From Limnochordia bacterium (GTDB lineage Bacteria > Bacillota > Limnochordia > Darwinibacteriales > Darwinibacteriaceae): a stretch of 64,000 nt of DNA. The notes under the pieces are model-generated. The model searched no databases. It was given only the letters and a program-made list of their open reading frames with translations, and was not told the DNA's origin. The stretch is from contig JBMNKP010000001.1 in assembly GCA_050952265.1 (NCBI GenBank), positions 431,596 to 495,595 of the forward strand. The letters run 5' to 3'. A program made the position numbers and the translations under genes. The first letter of the stretch is position 1; every line of letters starts with the position of its first letter. Below are positions 1 to 9,397 of the stretch, in pieces.

Positions 1-1
1 G

Positions 2-754
2 TCGGGGTATGAACACTATACGCCGGCGTTTGAGGAGCTTGTCGATGCCGTGCTGGCATCCGACGCCGCTTACTATGAGCCGCGCACGGGGTATGAGCAG
101 AGCTGGGGCGGCCTTACCCTGCAGGTGCTCAACCCAGCGCAGCTGAGAGGCACGGCACACCAGGACTGCCTCGTCGTGAAAGCCACGTATGGTGAGATAT
201 CCTTCCTTTTCACAGGCGATGCGGAAAAGAACACCGAGGCGGAGCTTGTGCAGGAGGGCCTGCCCCTGGAGGCGCAGGTGCTGCAGCTTGGGCATCACGG
301 CTCGCGCACTTCCTCCTCACTCGGTTTTCTCCTGGCCGTGAATCCAAAACTGGCCATTTACTCTGCGGGGCTGGGCAACGACTACGGCCATCCGCATGGG
401 GAAGTTGTCGACAGGTTGAGGATCCTGGGTATTCCCGTCTTCGGCACGGATCAGTACGGCACCATCGTGATAAAGACGGACGGTCAAAGCTGTGAGCTCT
501 CGGCCAGCCGCTGGGAAGAGCAGCCTTCTCTGCAGTGTGTGGATCTGAACACCGCGTCCTTTGGGGAACTGCAGCGCATCGTACACATCGGCCCTGAGCG
601 CGCTCAGCAGATCATCGAGGAAAGGGCAAAAAGGCCTTTCCGCAGCATCGATGAACTGGCCTTGCGCATTGAAGGCATCGGCGAGAAGAGGCTGGCGGAC
701 ATCAAAGCCCAGGGGTTGGCGTGCGTGAAGGAAGTGAGCGATGGTAAACAATAG
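2..754 (+). CDS. ComEC/Rec2-related MBL-fold hydrolase (C-terminal part) fused to a ComEA-type helix-hairpin-helix DNA-binding domain; 5' end lies outside the window
   Basis: Frame open from the window edge. HHGS and GNDYGHPH metallo-beta-lactamase motifs. C-terminal LNTASFGELQRIVHIGPERAQQIIEER...IEGIGEKRLADIK resembles the ComEA HhH pair. Confidence 0.6.
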   Translation, partial: SGYEHYTPAFEELVDAVLASDAAYYEPRTGYEQSWGGLTLQVLNPAQLRGTAHQDCLVVKATYGEISFLFTGDAEKNTEAELVQEGLPLEAQVLQLGHHGSRTSSSLGFLLAVNPKLAIYSAGLGNDYGHPHGEVVDRLRILGIPVFGTDQYGTIVIKTDGQSCELSASRWEEQPSLQCVDLNTASFGELQRIVHIGPERAQQIIEERAKRPFRSIDELALRIEGIGEKRLADIKAQGLACVKEVSDGKQ

Positions 755-1010
755 GCAGCGGGCGGTCATTGACCGCATCGTCGATGGGATATTTGCCGTC
801 CTGCTCCTGGAGGAGGGACGGGAGCAGATCACCGTTCCCGTGGACAAGCTTCCGGAAGGCAGCGCAGAGGGTCACTGGCTGCTGGTGAGGTTCGCTGGCG
901 GCGAGCTGATCGAAGCCGAGCTTGACTCGGCAAAGACCGAGGAGATGCGGGAGAGGATCAGGCGCAAGCGCGCCCTGCTCCTTGAGCGAATGAAAAAGCG
1001 GGGCGGATAA
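741..1010 (+). CDS. DUF3006-like small protein
   Basis: 89-aa ORF overlapping the stop of the upstream MBL/ComEA gene. Resembles DUF3006 proteins that commonly follow ComEC-like MBL genes; family assignment is from memory. Confidence 0.45.
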   Translation: MVNNRQRAVIDRIVDGIFAVLLLEEGREQITVPVDKLPEGSAEGHWLLVRFAGGELIEAELDSAKTEEMRERIRRKRALLLERMKKRGG

Positions 1011-1021
1011 CATTCGGGCAG

Positions 1022-1630
1022 CTAGCTGACTGGAGGGCGGCGGAGGATCAGCCAGCGGCCTGAAAGGTCACGGCGGCTGCCGCATTCGACGAAGCCGGCC
1101 GAGGCGTAGAGGCGCCTTGCGGCGGTATTGTCTTCCCGCACATTCAGCCCCACAGACTGCCCCTTAAGTAGATCAAGAACCTGGCTCAAGAGGAGAGTAC
1201 CCACACCCTTTCCCTGACAGGCAGGGAGGACGGCCACGGAGACGATGGTCGCCTGGGGTCTGGGTACTTTTTTGTCTCTGCGGGCGGTGGTCAGCATGAG
1301 AAACTCATTTGCAAGCAGTCGAAGCAGCTCGCAGGGGCCGACCATCAGGCCCATCTGCGCCAAGAGCAGGAACGCCTTAGAAACGTCTGGGCGGGCCTGC
1401 CCCTCGGCGCTGTCGTAGAGGCAGTAGCCGGAGAGATCGCCGCTTTCATCCAGAGCCACGATACCCTGAGCCCCCGCGGCGAAGACCAAAGCAAAGGAGA
1501 GCTCCAGCAGGCGCAGAAGCCTTTCCGGACGCTTGCGCGGGAAAAAGAGCTGGACGCTTTCGGGAAACGCCTGGCGGTACACTTCCGCGATGGAGCGGGC
1601 ATGGGCTTCAGTTGCCGCGGCTAAGCGCAT
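1022..1630 (-). CDS. GNAT family N-acetyltransferase
   Basis: 202-aa ORF. C-terminal acetyl-CoA-binding-like segment QGKGVGTLLLSQVLDLL...RRLYASAGF. Confidence 0.7.
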   Translation of the reverse strand: MRLAAATEAHARSIAEVYRQAFPESVQLFFPRKRPERLLRLLELSFALVFAAGAQGIVALDESGDLSGYCLYDSAEGQARPDVSKAFLLLAQMGLMVGPCELLRLLANEFLMLTTARRDKKVPRPQATIVSVAVLPACQGKGVGTLLLSQVLDLLKGQSVGLNVREDNTAARRLYASAGFVECGSRRDLSGRWLILRRPPVS

Positions 1631-1641
1631 GCTTTTCCTCC

Positions 1642-2520
1642 TTACTCAGGCTGGTCGATGGATGGGAAGGCCTCGGCGGATGCATCGTGGAGCAGTTCCG
1701 CCAGGGGCACGATTTCCAGTCCTTTGGCACGGATGATCTCGATCACCCGGGGCAGGGCCATAACCGTAGCCCTGCGGTCTCCTCCCTCGTTTCTGAGCAG
1801 AGCGCCGCTGTCGTGGAACAGGATGATATCGCCTCCCCGCACTCTGGACTCCACGAGCCGCTCGATATACGTGGCGGTCACTCCGAAGCGCCAGTCGCGC
1901 GTGGAGATGGACCAGAGCACGATTTCCTGTCCGAGGAGTTTGGCCATGCGCCGGAAGCGGTCATCGTACATGCCCCGGGGCGGCCGCACAAAACTGGGGA
2001 AGGCTCCCGTAACCTCTGCGATCACCGCAGTCGCTTCCATAAGTTCCTTCTGAAGCTGGACGGTGGAGAGGGTGGGAAGGTTGAGGTGATTCTGAGTATG
2101 GCTGCCGACGGCATGCCCCTCCTCAACCACCCGGCGGGCAATATCAGGGTACTTCTCTACATGGCTTCCCACCATGAAAAAGGTAGCCGGCACGTTGTAT
2201 TCTCGGAGAATGTCCAGGATAGCCGGGGTAAACTCTGCGCTTGGGCCGTCATCAAAGGTGATGGCCACTTTGTTTGACGATCGGTCACCGACGCGGTAGA
2301 TGTCCGGCTGGTAGCCAAAGCCGTGATAGACGTAGAACCAGAGCACCAGGAACAAGGTGGCGATGCCCAAGACGCCGGAAACAGCGGCCAGAAGGAACTT
2401 GGGGGCCTTAACCCGGCACCAACCAAGGATGCGGACGGCCACCCGCCAGTAAATGCGGGCGAAAAGCACCGCAATGAGTACAAAACCCAGAAATCTCAAA
2501 ATGACTTCAAGGTGAGCCAT
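1642..2520 (-). CDS. membrane-anchored polysaccharide deacetylase (NodB homology domain)
   Basis: ITFDDGPS, HTQNH and GGDIILFHD motifs. Start trimmed to ATG at 2520 (MAHLEV...) which has a GGGAGGA RBS 7 nt upstream. The 411-aa ORF-track call carries a spurious N-terminal extension. Confidence 0.75.
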   Translation of the reverse strand: MAHLEVILRFLGFVLIAVLFARIYWRVAVRILGWCRVKAPKFLLAAVSGVLGIATLFLVLWFYVYHGFGYQPDIYRVGDRSSNKVAITFDDGPSAEFTPAILDILREYNVPATFFMVGSHVEKYPDIARRVVEEGHAVGSHTQNHLNLPTLSTVQLQKELMEATAVIAEVTGAFPSFVRPPRGMYDDRFRRMAKLLGQEIVLWSISTRDWRFGVTATYIERLVESRVRGGDIILFHDSGALLRNEGGDRRATVMALPRVIEIIRAKGLEIVPLAELLHDASAEAFPSIDQPE

Positions 2521-2690
2521 GTATGGTCCTCCCGAGCGAGTAAGTCTTCCACTCATTTTACAACAACAGGTTGTGGGGCACAAGTTTGGAAAGGTTGCAC
2601 AGCGCCTAGTATAATAGTAGAGTATGAACAGGAGGGTGCGGCTCAGCCCGCCTGTTTTGTCTGATGGCCAGAGCATGGAGGTAATACCAG

Positions 2691-3473
2691 TTGAAGAACT
2701 ATCACACACATACTTTTCGCTGCAAACACGCGATAGGTGACGTGGCTGACTATGTGGAGGCCGCGGCCGCGCGGGGAATTTCTGTCCTAGGTTTCGCTGA
2801 CCACACGCCCCTGCCCGACGGCCGCTGGTCTTCGATCCGTATGGCTGTCGAGGATCTGCCTGGGTACGTCGGGGCAATTGAGCAGGCCAAGAAGGACAAT
2901 CCTCAGATGACTATCCTAAAGGGCATGGAGTGCGAGTGGGCTGCCGAGTACCACAGCTTCTTCCGAGATGTCCTGCTCGGGGAGTTCGGGCTGGATTACC
3001 TGGTCCTCGGCTGTCACCAGTTCCCAATTAACGGCGGCTGGCAGAGCAGCCACACCGCGCCCAACGACGCCGCCTATCTAGCCGCCTACACCAAGCATCT
3101 GATCGCCTCAATGCAGAGCGGACTCTTTGCTTTCGTCGCGCACCCCGATCTCTTCGGGCTGACCTATCTGGAATGGGATGAAGAAGCGGAGGCTGCGGCC
3201 AGGGACATTCTCAGCGCTGCCGAGGAACTGAGCCTCCCTCTAGAGATCAACGGCCTCGGCCTCAGCCACCGTGTTGTACAGACCTCCCTCGGACCCCGGA
3301 CCGCCTATCCCTGGCTTCCTTTCTGGGAACTGGCTGCGGAGTTCGACGTTCAGGTCGTGGTGAACTCCGACGCTCACCAGCCGCAGGGCGTGGCCCAGGG
3401 GCTGAGGGAAGGCCTGATGTTCGCCCGCAAACTGGGACTGACCCTGGCGGAGTTCGACCACCTAGGAGGTTGA
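2691..3473 (+). CDS. PHP-domain phosphoesterase, histidinol-phosphatase (HisJ/HisK) family
   Basis: N-terminal YHTHTFRCKHA...GFADHTP and C-terminal VVNSDAHQP are typical of PHP HisJ-type enzymes. TTG start with GGAGG upstream. Confidence 0.7.
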   Translation: MKNYHTHTFRCKHAIGDVADYVEAAAARGISVLGFADHTPLPDGRWSSIRMAVEDLPGYVGAIEQAKKDNPQMTILKGMECEWAAEYHSFFRDVLLGEFGLDYLVLGCHQFPINGGWQSSHTAPNDAAYLAAYTKHLIASMQSGLFAFVAHPDLFGLTYLEWDEEAEAAARDILSAAEELSLPLEINGLGLSHRVVQTSLGPRTAYPWLPFWELAAEFDVQVVVNSDAHQPQGVAQGLREGLMFARKLGLTLAEFDHLGG

Positions 3474-3475
3474 CG

Positions 3476-4711
3476 ATGTTTGTCATCTTCAACAAAGGGG
3501 AGCAGCGCCTGCCGATCAAGGTCTGGCTGCCCGGAAGGGAGCACCTGGAGGAGGAATGCCTGCGGCAGGCTCTGAACCTATCCAACCTGCCCTTTGCCTT
3601 CAGGCACATCGCCCTCATGCCCGATACTCACGCGGGCTACGGGATGCCCATCGGCGGTGTACTGGCTGCCGACGGTGTGATCATTCCCAATGCCGTCGGT
3701 GTAGACATCGGCTGCGGGATGGTCTTCGCCCGCACCAACGTCCAGGCTGAGCTGCTCCGGGAAGTGACTGCGCCTGGCGGAACCCTGGCCCAGTACCTGG
3801 TAGGCCAGATCATGCGCGCCGTGCCCCAAGGGTTTGACCATCACAAGGAAAAACAGAAGTCCAAGTTCCTGGATGCCTACCGGGTAGAGCGGCTCTACCG
3901 CTACGGGGCGGCTGATCTTCCAAAGAAAGAGGAAGCGTACATGCAGCTGGGCACCTTGGGAGGGGGTAACCACTTCATAGAGCTCCAGGAAGATGAAGAT
4001 GGGTACATGGGCCTCATGGTGCACACCGGTTCGCGCAACTTCGGCTACAAAGTGGCCAACTATTTCAACAGGGTAGCGAAGGACCTGAACCGCCCCATGG
4101 GTTCAGAGGTGCCGAGCCATTTCGATCTTGCCTACCTGCCCGTGGACAGCGAGGAAGGCCGCGGCTACATCGGCTGGATGAACTTCGCATTGGAGTTTGC
4201 CCGGCACAACCGGCAGCGGATCATGGAGCAGGTACAGCAGATCACGGCAGAGGGGCTGCGGCGCTGCGCGGGAGTCAAAGATGTACGGTTTTTTGGAGAG
4301 GTGAACGCCCACCACAACTACGCCGCCAGAGAGACCCATTTCGGGCGGGAGGTGTGGGTTCACCGCAAGGGCGCGATCAGTGCCAGGCAGGGCGAGCCCG
4401 GGATCATCCCTGGCGCCATGGGTTCCTACTCCTTCATCGTGGAGGGGCTGGGAAACCCCGAATCATTTCACTCGGCCAGCCACGGCGCGGGCCGGGTGAT
4501 GGGCAGGAAAGAAGCGGTGCGCCGGTTCAGTGTGGAAGAGGTCCTGGCCGATTTTGCCAAGAAGAACATGGTCCTGGGCAAGCAGCGCCGGGGCGACACC
4601 GCCGAAGAGTTCTACAAAGCCTACAAGAACATCGAAGACGTCATGGACGATCAGCGCGACCTTGTAAAACCCGTTCTGAAGCTGAGAACCGTGGCCGTAG
4701 TCAAGGGGTGA
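3476..4711 (+). CDS. rtcB: RNA-splicing ligase RtcB family protein
   Basis: PDTHAGYGMPIGGV, GGGNHFIEL and NHNYAARETHFGR regions are collinear with RtcB. AGGAGG lies 5 nt before ATG 3476, and the TTG at 3470 overlaps the upstream stop. Confidence 0.8.
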   Translation: MFVIFNKGEQRLPIKVWLPGREHLEEECLRQALNLSNLPFAFRHIALMPDTHAGYGMPIGGVLAADGVIIPNAVGVDIGCGMVFARTNVQAELLREVTAPGGTLAQYLVGQIMRAVPQGFDHHKEKQKSKFLDAYRVERLYRYGAADLPKKEEAYMQLGTLGGGNHFIELQEDEDGYMGLMVHTGSRNFGYKVANYFNRVAKDLNRPMGSEVPSHFDLAYLPVDSEEGRGYIGWMNFALEFARHNRQRIMEQVQQITAEGLRRCAGVKDVRFFGEVNAHHNYAARETHFGREVWVHRKGAISARQGEPGIIPGAMGSYSFIVEGLGNPESFHSASHGAGRVMGRKEAVRRFSVEEVLADFAKKNMVLGKQRRGDTAEEFYKAYKNIEDVMDDQRDLVKPVLKLRTVAVVKG

Positions 4712-4815
4712 CGGATCCACTTCCTCCATTGATTCCATGTCGTACTCAGAAGGAATTCGCCGTGAGATGAAGAAGAAAAAAGCTGGATTTCGAAAAAACG
4801 ACAGGAGGGTATACC

Positions 4816-5790
4816 GTGCGGAACAGAATCAGTTTTGTTGTGGTCATGCTGTTGCTTGTCGGACTCCTTGCCGCCCCTGCCTATGCGCAGAACAAGAAGA
4901 TCGGCTTGATCTTCGCTGACGGCGGCCTGGGAGACCAGTCCTTCAACGATGCGGCTTACCGCGGTCTGATGCAGGCCAAGCAGGAGCTGCCCGTTGACGT
5001 GATCTATGTCGAGCCGGCGGATATTGCAGAGATGGAAGAGCATCAGAGGGCCTATGCTGATCTGGGTTTGGACCTGGTCATCGTCATCGGCTTCATCCAT
5101 CAGAGCGCTCTGACAGAGGTATCAGCTGACTATCCTAACATTCATTTCGCCATCGTCGATGACGTTGTAGACAATCCCAACGTAACATCACTGCTCTTTG
5201 AAGAACATCAGGGTTCCTTCCTAGTAGGCGTTGTTGCCGGTATGATGACCAAGAGCAACACCGTTGGTTTCGTAGGCGGCATGGAAGTTCCTCTGATCCG
5301 CAAGTTCCAAGTGGGCTTTGAGGAAGGCGTAAAGTGGGCTAACCCCGATGCACAGATACTCGTGAACTATGCAGGCGCCTTCGACGATCCCGGCCGCGGC
5401 CGTGAGCTGGCCATCAGCCAGTACGAGCGCGGTGCGGACATCATCTACCATGCGGCTGGCGGTACCGGTGCCGGCGTGATTGATGCTGCGGCCAGCAATG
5501 ACTTCTATGCCATCGGTGTAGACTCCGACCAGGACTACATGGCACCCGGCAAAGTGCTCACCTCCATGATCAAACGGGTAGACCTCGCTGTCTACGAAGT
5601 GATCAAGGCTTGTGTCGAGGGCACTCTGGAAGGCGGCACCTGGACCTTCAGTGTTGCTGATGGCGGTGTAGGCACATCCGAGTTCACCTATACCAAGGAT
5701 ATCATTCCTCAGGAAGTCTTTGATGCGGTGGAAGAGGCTAAGCAGAAGATTATCTCTGGCGAAATCGTGGTAACCAACCCGCTGCAGTAA
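4816..5790 (+). CDS. BMP-family (PnrA/Med-like) ABC transporter substrate-binding protein
   Basis: Signal peptide ending AYA-Q, then KKIGLIFADGGLGDQSFNDAAYRGL typical of basic membrane protein / nucleoside-binding SBPs. GTG start with AGGAGGG RBS. Confidence 0.8.
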   Translation: MRNRISFVVVMLLLVGLLAAPAYAQNKKIGLIFADGGLGDQSFNDAAYRGLMQAKQELPVDVIYVEPADIAEMEEHQRAYADLGLDLVIVIGFIHQSALTEVSADYPNIHFAIVDDVVDNPNVTSLLFEEHQGSFLVGVVAGMMTKSNTVGFVGGMEVPLIRKFQVGFEEGVKWANPDAQILVNYAGAFDDPGRGRELAISQYERGADIIYHAAGGTGAGVIDAAASNDFYAIGVDSDQDYMAPGKVLTSMIKRVDLAVYEVIKACVEGTLEGGTWTFSVADGGVGTSEFTYTKDIIPQEVFDAVEEAKQKIISGEIVVTNPLQ

Positions 5791-5804
5791 GCCAGGAATA
5801 ACGT

Positions 5805-5850
5805 GAGGGAGGCCGCTGGCCGCCGTATGGTCGGCGCCCTCCCCTTTTTT
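5805..5850 (+). terminator. Rho-independent terminator after the BMP SBP gene
   Basis: GGGAGGCCGCTGGCCGCCGTATGGTCGGCGCCCTCCC hairpin followed by TTTTTT. Confidence 0.65.
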
Positions 5851-5867
5851 GCGTAGGAGGTTGTCGC

Positions 5868-7424
5868 ATGGGCAAAGTGCTCGAAATGCGGGCCATAACC
5901 AAACAGTTCCCCCGGGTTTTGGCCAATGACAAAGTCGACTTCGACCTGGAGTCCGGCGAAATCCACGCTCTCGTGGGTGAGAACGGTTCGGGGAAGTCCA
6001 CTCTTATGAGCATACTCTTCGGGCTGTACCAGAAAGACAGCGGTGAGATCATCATCCGCGGTGAGCCCGTAGAGATCAAAGAACCGCGCCATGCCATCGA
6101 CCTGAAGATCGGCATGGTTTTCCAGCATTTTATGCTGGTTGAGCCCCTGACCGTAGCCGAGAACATTGTGCTCGGCGCCGAGATCCGCAAGGGGCCCTTC
6201 CTGGACTACAAGAAGATGGTACAGGAAGTAGAGCGCATTTCGACCGAATACGGGCTGAAGATCGACCCCGAGGCCAAGATCGCCGACCTGTCCGTGGGAC
6301 TGCTGCAGAGGGTGGAGATCCTCAAGGCCCTCTACCGCGGTGCGGAAATCTTGATCCTGGACGAACCCACCGCCGTGCTGACCCCGCAGGAAGTTGACGA
6401 CCTGTTCGAAGTGCTGCTCGCCCTCAAAGCGAAGGGTACCAGCATCGTCTTCATCACGCACAAGATCAAAGAGGTCCTAGCTATTTCTGACCGGGTGACG
6501 GTTCTCAGGCGAGGGCGAAAAATTGGCACCAAGCCCACTTCCGAAACGAACGAACAGGATCTCGCCGAGATGATGGTCGGCCGCGTCGTGCTTCTGCAGG
6601 TGAAGAAAGAGCCTGCGAAACCCGGCCCCGAGGTGCTGCGGTTGGAGAATGTATCCGTAAAGGACAAGTTCGGACGGCTTCGGGTCAACAACGTCAGTCT
6701 GAGTGTCAGAAGCGGAGAAGTGCTGGGCATCGCCGGTGTTGAAGGAAACGGGCAGTCCGAGCTGGTGGAAGCCATAGCCGGCCTGAAAAGGGTCTCTAGC
6801 GGCAAGGTCTACCTATCCGGTAAGGATATTACCAACTGGTCGCCAAGGCGCAACCGGGCGGCTGGGATGGGCTTCGTCCCCGAGGACAGGCACCGGCGCG
6901 GTTTGGTTCTCGATTATTCTGTGGCTGACAACTTGGTTCTCGGCATCCACGGCGACCAGCCTTTCGTGAACAGATACGGTTTCCGTCAACAGGACGAAAT
7001 CACGCGGCATGCGGAGGGACTTATCGAATTTTACGATATCCGGCCCGGCGCCCCTGCCCAGGCGGCCAAGCATCTGTCCGGAGGCAATCAGCAGAAGATC
7101 GTGGTGGCCAGGGAGATTTCCCAAAATCCGGAACTTTTGATCTGTTCCCAGCCGACTCGCGGGGTAGATGTGGGAGCCATCGAGTCCATCCATCAGCGAG
7201 TGATCGCCCAAAGGGACCAGGGGTCGGCAGTTCTCCTTGTCTCGGCCGAGCTCGACGAGATCCTCTCCCTGAGCGATCGCGTTGCTGTGATGTACAACGG
7301 AGAGATTGTGAGCGTCATGCCCATTGAAGAAGCCACTGAACACAAACTGGGTTTCCTGATGCTGGGCGGGCATCCTGAAGAATACCAGAAAAGCGGGGTG
7401 AGCGGCAGTGTGGACCAAGCTTAA
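5868..7424 (+). CDS. ABC transporter ATP-binding protein with two NBDs (CUT2 / sugar-nucleoside type)
   Basis: Walker A GENGSGKST and a second NBD GVEGNGQSEL; LSGGNQQK signature. 518 aa. Confidence 0.85.
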   Translation: MGKVLEMRAITKQFPRVLANDKVDFDLESGEIHALVGENGSGKSTLMSILFGLYQKDSGEIIIRGEPVEIKEPRHAIDLKIGMVFQHFMLVEPLTVAENIVLGAEIRKGPFLDYKKMVQEVERISTEYGLKIDPEAKIADLSVGLLQRVEILKALYRGAEILILDEPTAVLTPQEVDDLFEVLLALKAKGTSIVFITHKIKEVLAISDRVTVLRRGRKIGTKPTSETNEQDLAEMMVGRVVLLQVKKEPAKPGPEVLRLENVSVKDKFGRLRVNNVSLSVRSGEVLGIAGVEGNGQSELVEAIAGLKRVSSGKVYLSGKDITNWSPRRNRAAGMGFVPEDRHRRGLVLDYSVADNLVLGIHGDQPFVNRYGFRQQDEITRHAEGLIEFYDIRPGAPAQAAKHLSGGNQQKIVVAREISQNPELLICSQPTRGVDVGAIESIHQRVIAQRDQGSAVLLVSAELDEILSLSDRVAVMYNGEIVSVMPIEEATEHKLGFLMLGGHPEEYQKSGVSGSVDQA

Positions 7425-8448
7425 GTCTTTGCCCTGGTATGAAGTACTGCTTCCTTTGGTTGCGGTGGTTTTGGCGCTGCTTATCGGATCCGGTTTCATC
7501 TTGTACGTGGGCGAAAACCCGCTGGAGGCCTACCGTATCCTGTTTACAGAATCCCTTGGAAGCATGCGCAACATTGCCACTACCCTGCAGAGGGCAACCC
7601 CCCTTATGTTCACCGGTTTGGCGGTGGCCTTTGCCTTCCGGGTAGGCCTGTTCAACATCGGTGCTGAAGGGCAGCTGTATATGGGAGCATTCGCCGCTGT
7701 CTGGGTCGGTATCACCTTTGATCTTCCCCGCTTTATCCACCTGCCCCTGGCCATCCTGGCCGCCATGGTGGGCGGCGCGCTCTGGGCATCCATCGCCGGT
7801 TACCTCAAGGCCAAACTGGGCGTTCATGAGGTGATCAACTCGATTATGCTCAACTTTATCGCCCTGTTCCTCACGGACTGGCTGGTAACCGGGCCTTTCC
7901 ACGGAGGTTCGTGGGTGCCCGAAACGGTGCGCATAAAACCTTCCGCGACTCTTACCAGGATCTACCTGCCAACCAGGTTGACTACCGCTATCTATCTGGC
8001 GGTGGCTGTCGCAGCTGTAGTCTATGTGATCTTGTGGAGAACCAAGCGCGGCTATGAATTGAGGGCAGTTGGCCTAAATCCAGAGGCAGCGGAGTACGCG
8101 GGGATCAGCGTCTCCCGCAACCTGCTGATCGGTATGGCCATCAGCGGAGCCCTGGCGGGTCTGGCGGGGGCCGAGCAGATACTGGGCCTTCACAACCGGT
8201 TTATCGTACGTTTTTCTTCCGATCTCGGGTTCATGGGCGTGGCAGTGGCGCTGCTCGGTAAGAACCATCCCGTGGGAGTGCTGCTGGCGGCAGTGCTCTT
8301 CGGTGCTCTCCAGTCCGGTTCAGCGGCTTTGGACCGCCTGACCTCGGTGCCCCGGGAACTCATTACCATCATCCAGGGCCTGATCATCTTTTTCGTAGCC
8401 GCGGAGTACCTCATCCGCCGTTTGCTGCGCCTAAAGGAGGACGCGTGA
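7408..8448 (+). CDS. ABC transporter permease (BMP/CUT2-associated)
   Basis: Multi-TM hydrophobic protein immediately downstream of the ATPase gene and overlapping it. Confidence 0.8.
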   Translation: MWTKLKSLPWYEVLLPLVAVVLALLIGSGFILYVGENPLEAYRILFTESLGSMRNIATTLQRATPLMFTGLAVAFAFRVGLFNIGAEGQLYMGAFAAVWVGITFDLPRFIHLPLAILAAMVGGALWASIAGYLKAKLGVHEVINSIMLNFIALFLTDWLVTGPFHGGSWVPETVRIKPSATLTRIYLPTRLTTAIYLAVAVAAVVYVILWRTKRGYELRAVGLNPEAAEYAGISVSRNLLIGMAISGALAGLAGAEQILGLHNRFIVRFSSDLGFMGVAVALLGKNHPVGVLLAAVLFGALQSGSAALDRLTSVPRELITIIQGLIIFFVAAEYLIRRLLRLKEDA

Positions 8449-9377
8449 TGGGCGATCTTCTTGCCATGATGTTTAACACCACAGTCTTTGCTGCCGCACT
8501 GCGCATGGCCACTCCCTTGATCTTCGCTGCGCTGGGCGGGATCATCTCCGAACGGAGCGGCGTTGTGAATATTGCCCTTGAGGGGATGATGCTCACGGGA
8601 TCGTTTACGGCCATGTTCGTCACCCACCTCACGGGGCTGCCCTGGGTGGGGGCGTTGGGTGCCATGGCGGCAGGCGCGTTGATGGGGCTTCTTCACGCTC
8701 TCTTCTGCGTGCGCTACCGGTCGAATCAAGTGGTTACCGGCACTGCCATCAACATCTTTGCCGGCGGGTTGACCGTCTTCCTGCTGCGGCATTTCTTCGG
8801 CTCCGCGGGTACTTCTCCACAAGTGACGGTGATCAAAGACATCACTATCCCGGTGCTGTCGCAGATTCCGTGGGTTGACAAGGTTTTGGGCAGACAGAAT
8901 CCCCTGGTATACTTGGCCTTCGTCGCCGTGGCCGTGGTGCACGTAGTCATCTACAAAACGCCTTGGGGTTTGAGGCTCAGAGCGGTGGGCGAACATCCCC
9001 AGGCCGCCGATACAGTGGGCGTCAACGTCTACAGAATGCGCTACACAGCCGTCGCGATCAGCGGTGCCCTCGCTGCCCTGGGCGGCACCTATCTTTCCAT
9101 AGCCCATCTCAGCCGCTTCAGTGAAGGGATGACAGCGGGCCGCGGCTTCATCGCCCTGGCAGCCGTCATATTCGGCAAGTGGACCCCCCTCGGGGCACTG
9201 GGCGCCTGCCTGTTCTTCGGCTACGGCGATGCTCTGCAGATGCGCCTGTCGGATGTTGGCATCCCCACGCAGTTCCTGAACATGCTGCCTTACGTGATGA
9301 CCATGGTGGCCCTGGCCGGCTTCATCGGCAAAGCCGTCGGGCCAAAGGCTTCTGGCCAGCCGTACATCAAAGGTTAG
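8445..9377 (+). CDS. ABC transporter permease (second subunit)
   Basis: Multi-TM protein. ATGA overlap with the preceding permease gene. Confidence 0.8.
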   Translation: MMGDLLAMMFNTTVFAAALRMATPLIFAALGGIISERSGVVNIALEGMMLTGSFTAMFVTHLTGLPWVGALGAMAAGALMGLLHALFCVRYRSNQVVTGTAINIFAGGLTVFLLRHFFGSAGTSPQVTVIKDITIPVLSQIPWVDKVLGRQNPLVYLAFVAVAVVHVVIYKTPWGLRLRAVGEHPQAADTVGVNVYRMRYTAVAISGALAALGGTYLSIAHLSRFSEGMTAGRGFIALAAVIFGKWTPLGALGACLFFGYGDALQMRLSDVGIPTQFLNMLPYVMTMVALAGFIGKAVGPKASGQPYIKG

Positions 9378-9397
9378 ATAGCGAGGTTTAGCACGAA

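Noticed and set aside
1642-2877. 411-aa ORF-track call for the polysaccharide deacetylase
   Set aside because: The first 119 codons are low-complexity and R/P-rich with no RBS. An internal ATG at 2520 has a perfect RBS and starts the TM anchor.
4712-4815. CodY-like box (GATTTCGAAAAAAC) upstream of the BMP operon
   Set aside because: Only a partial match to AATTTTCWGAAAATT. Cannot be supported without a position weight matrix score.
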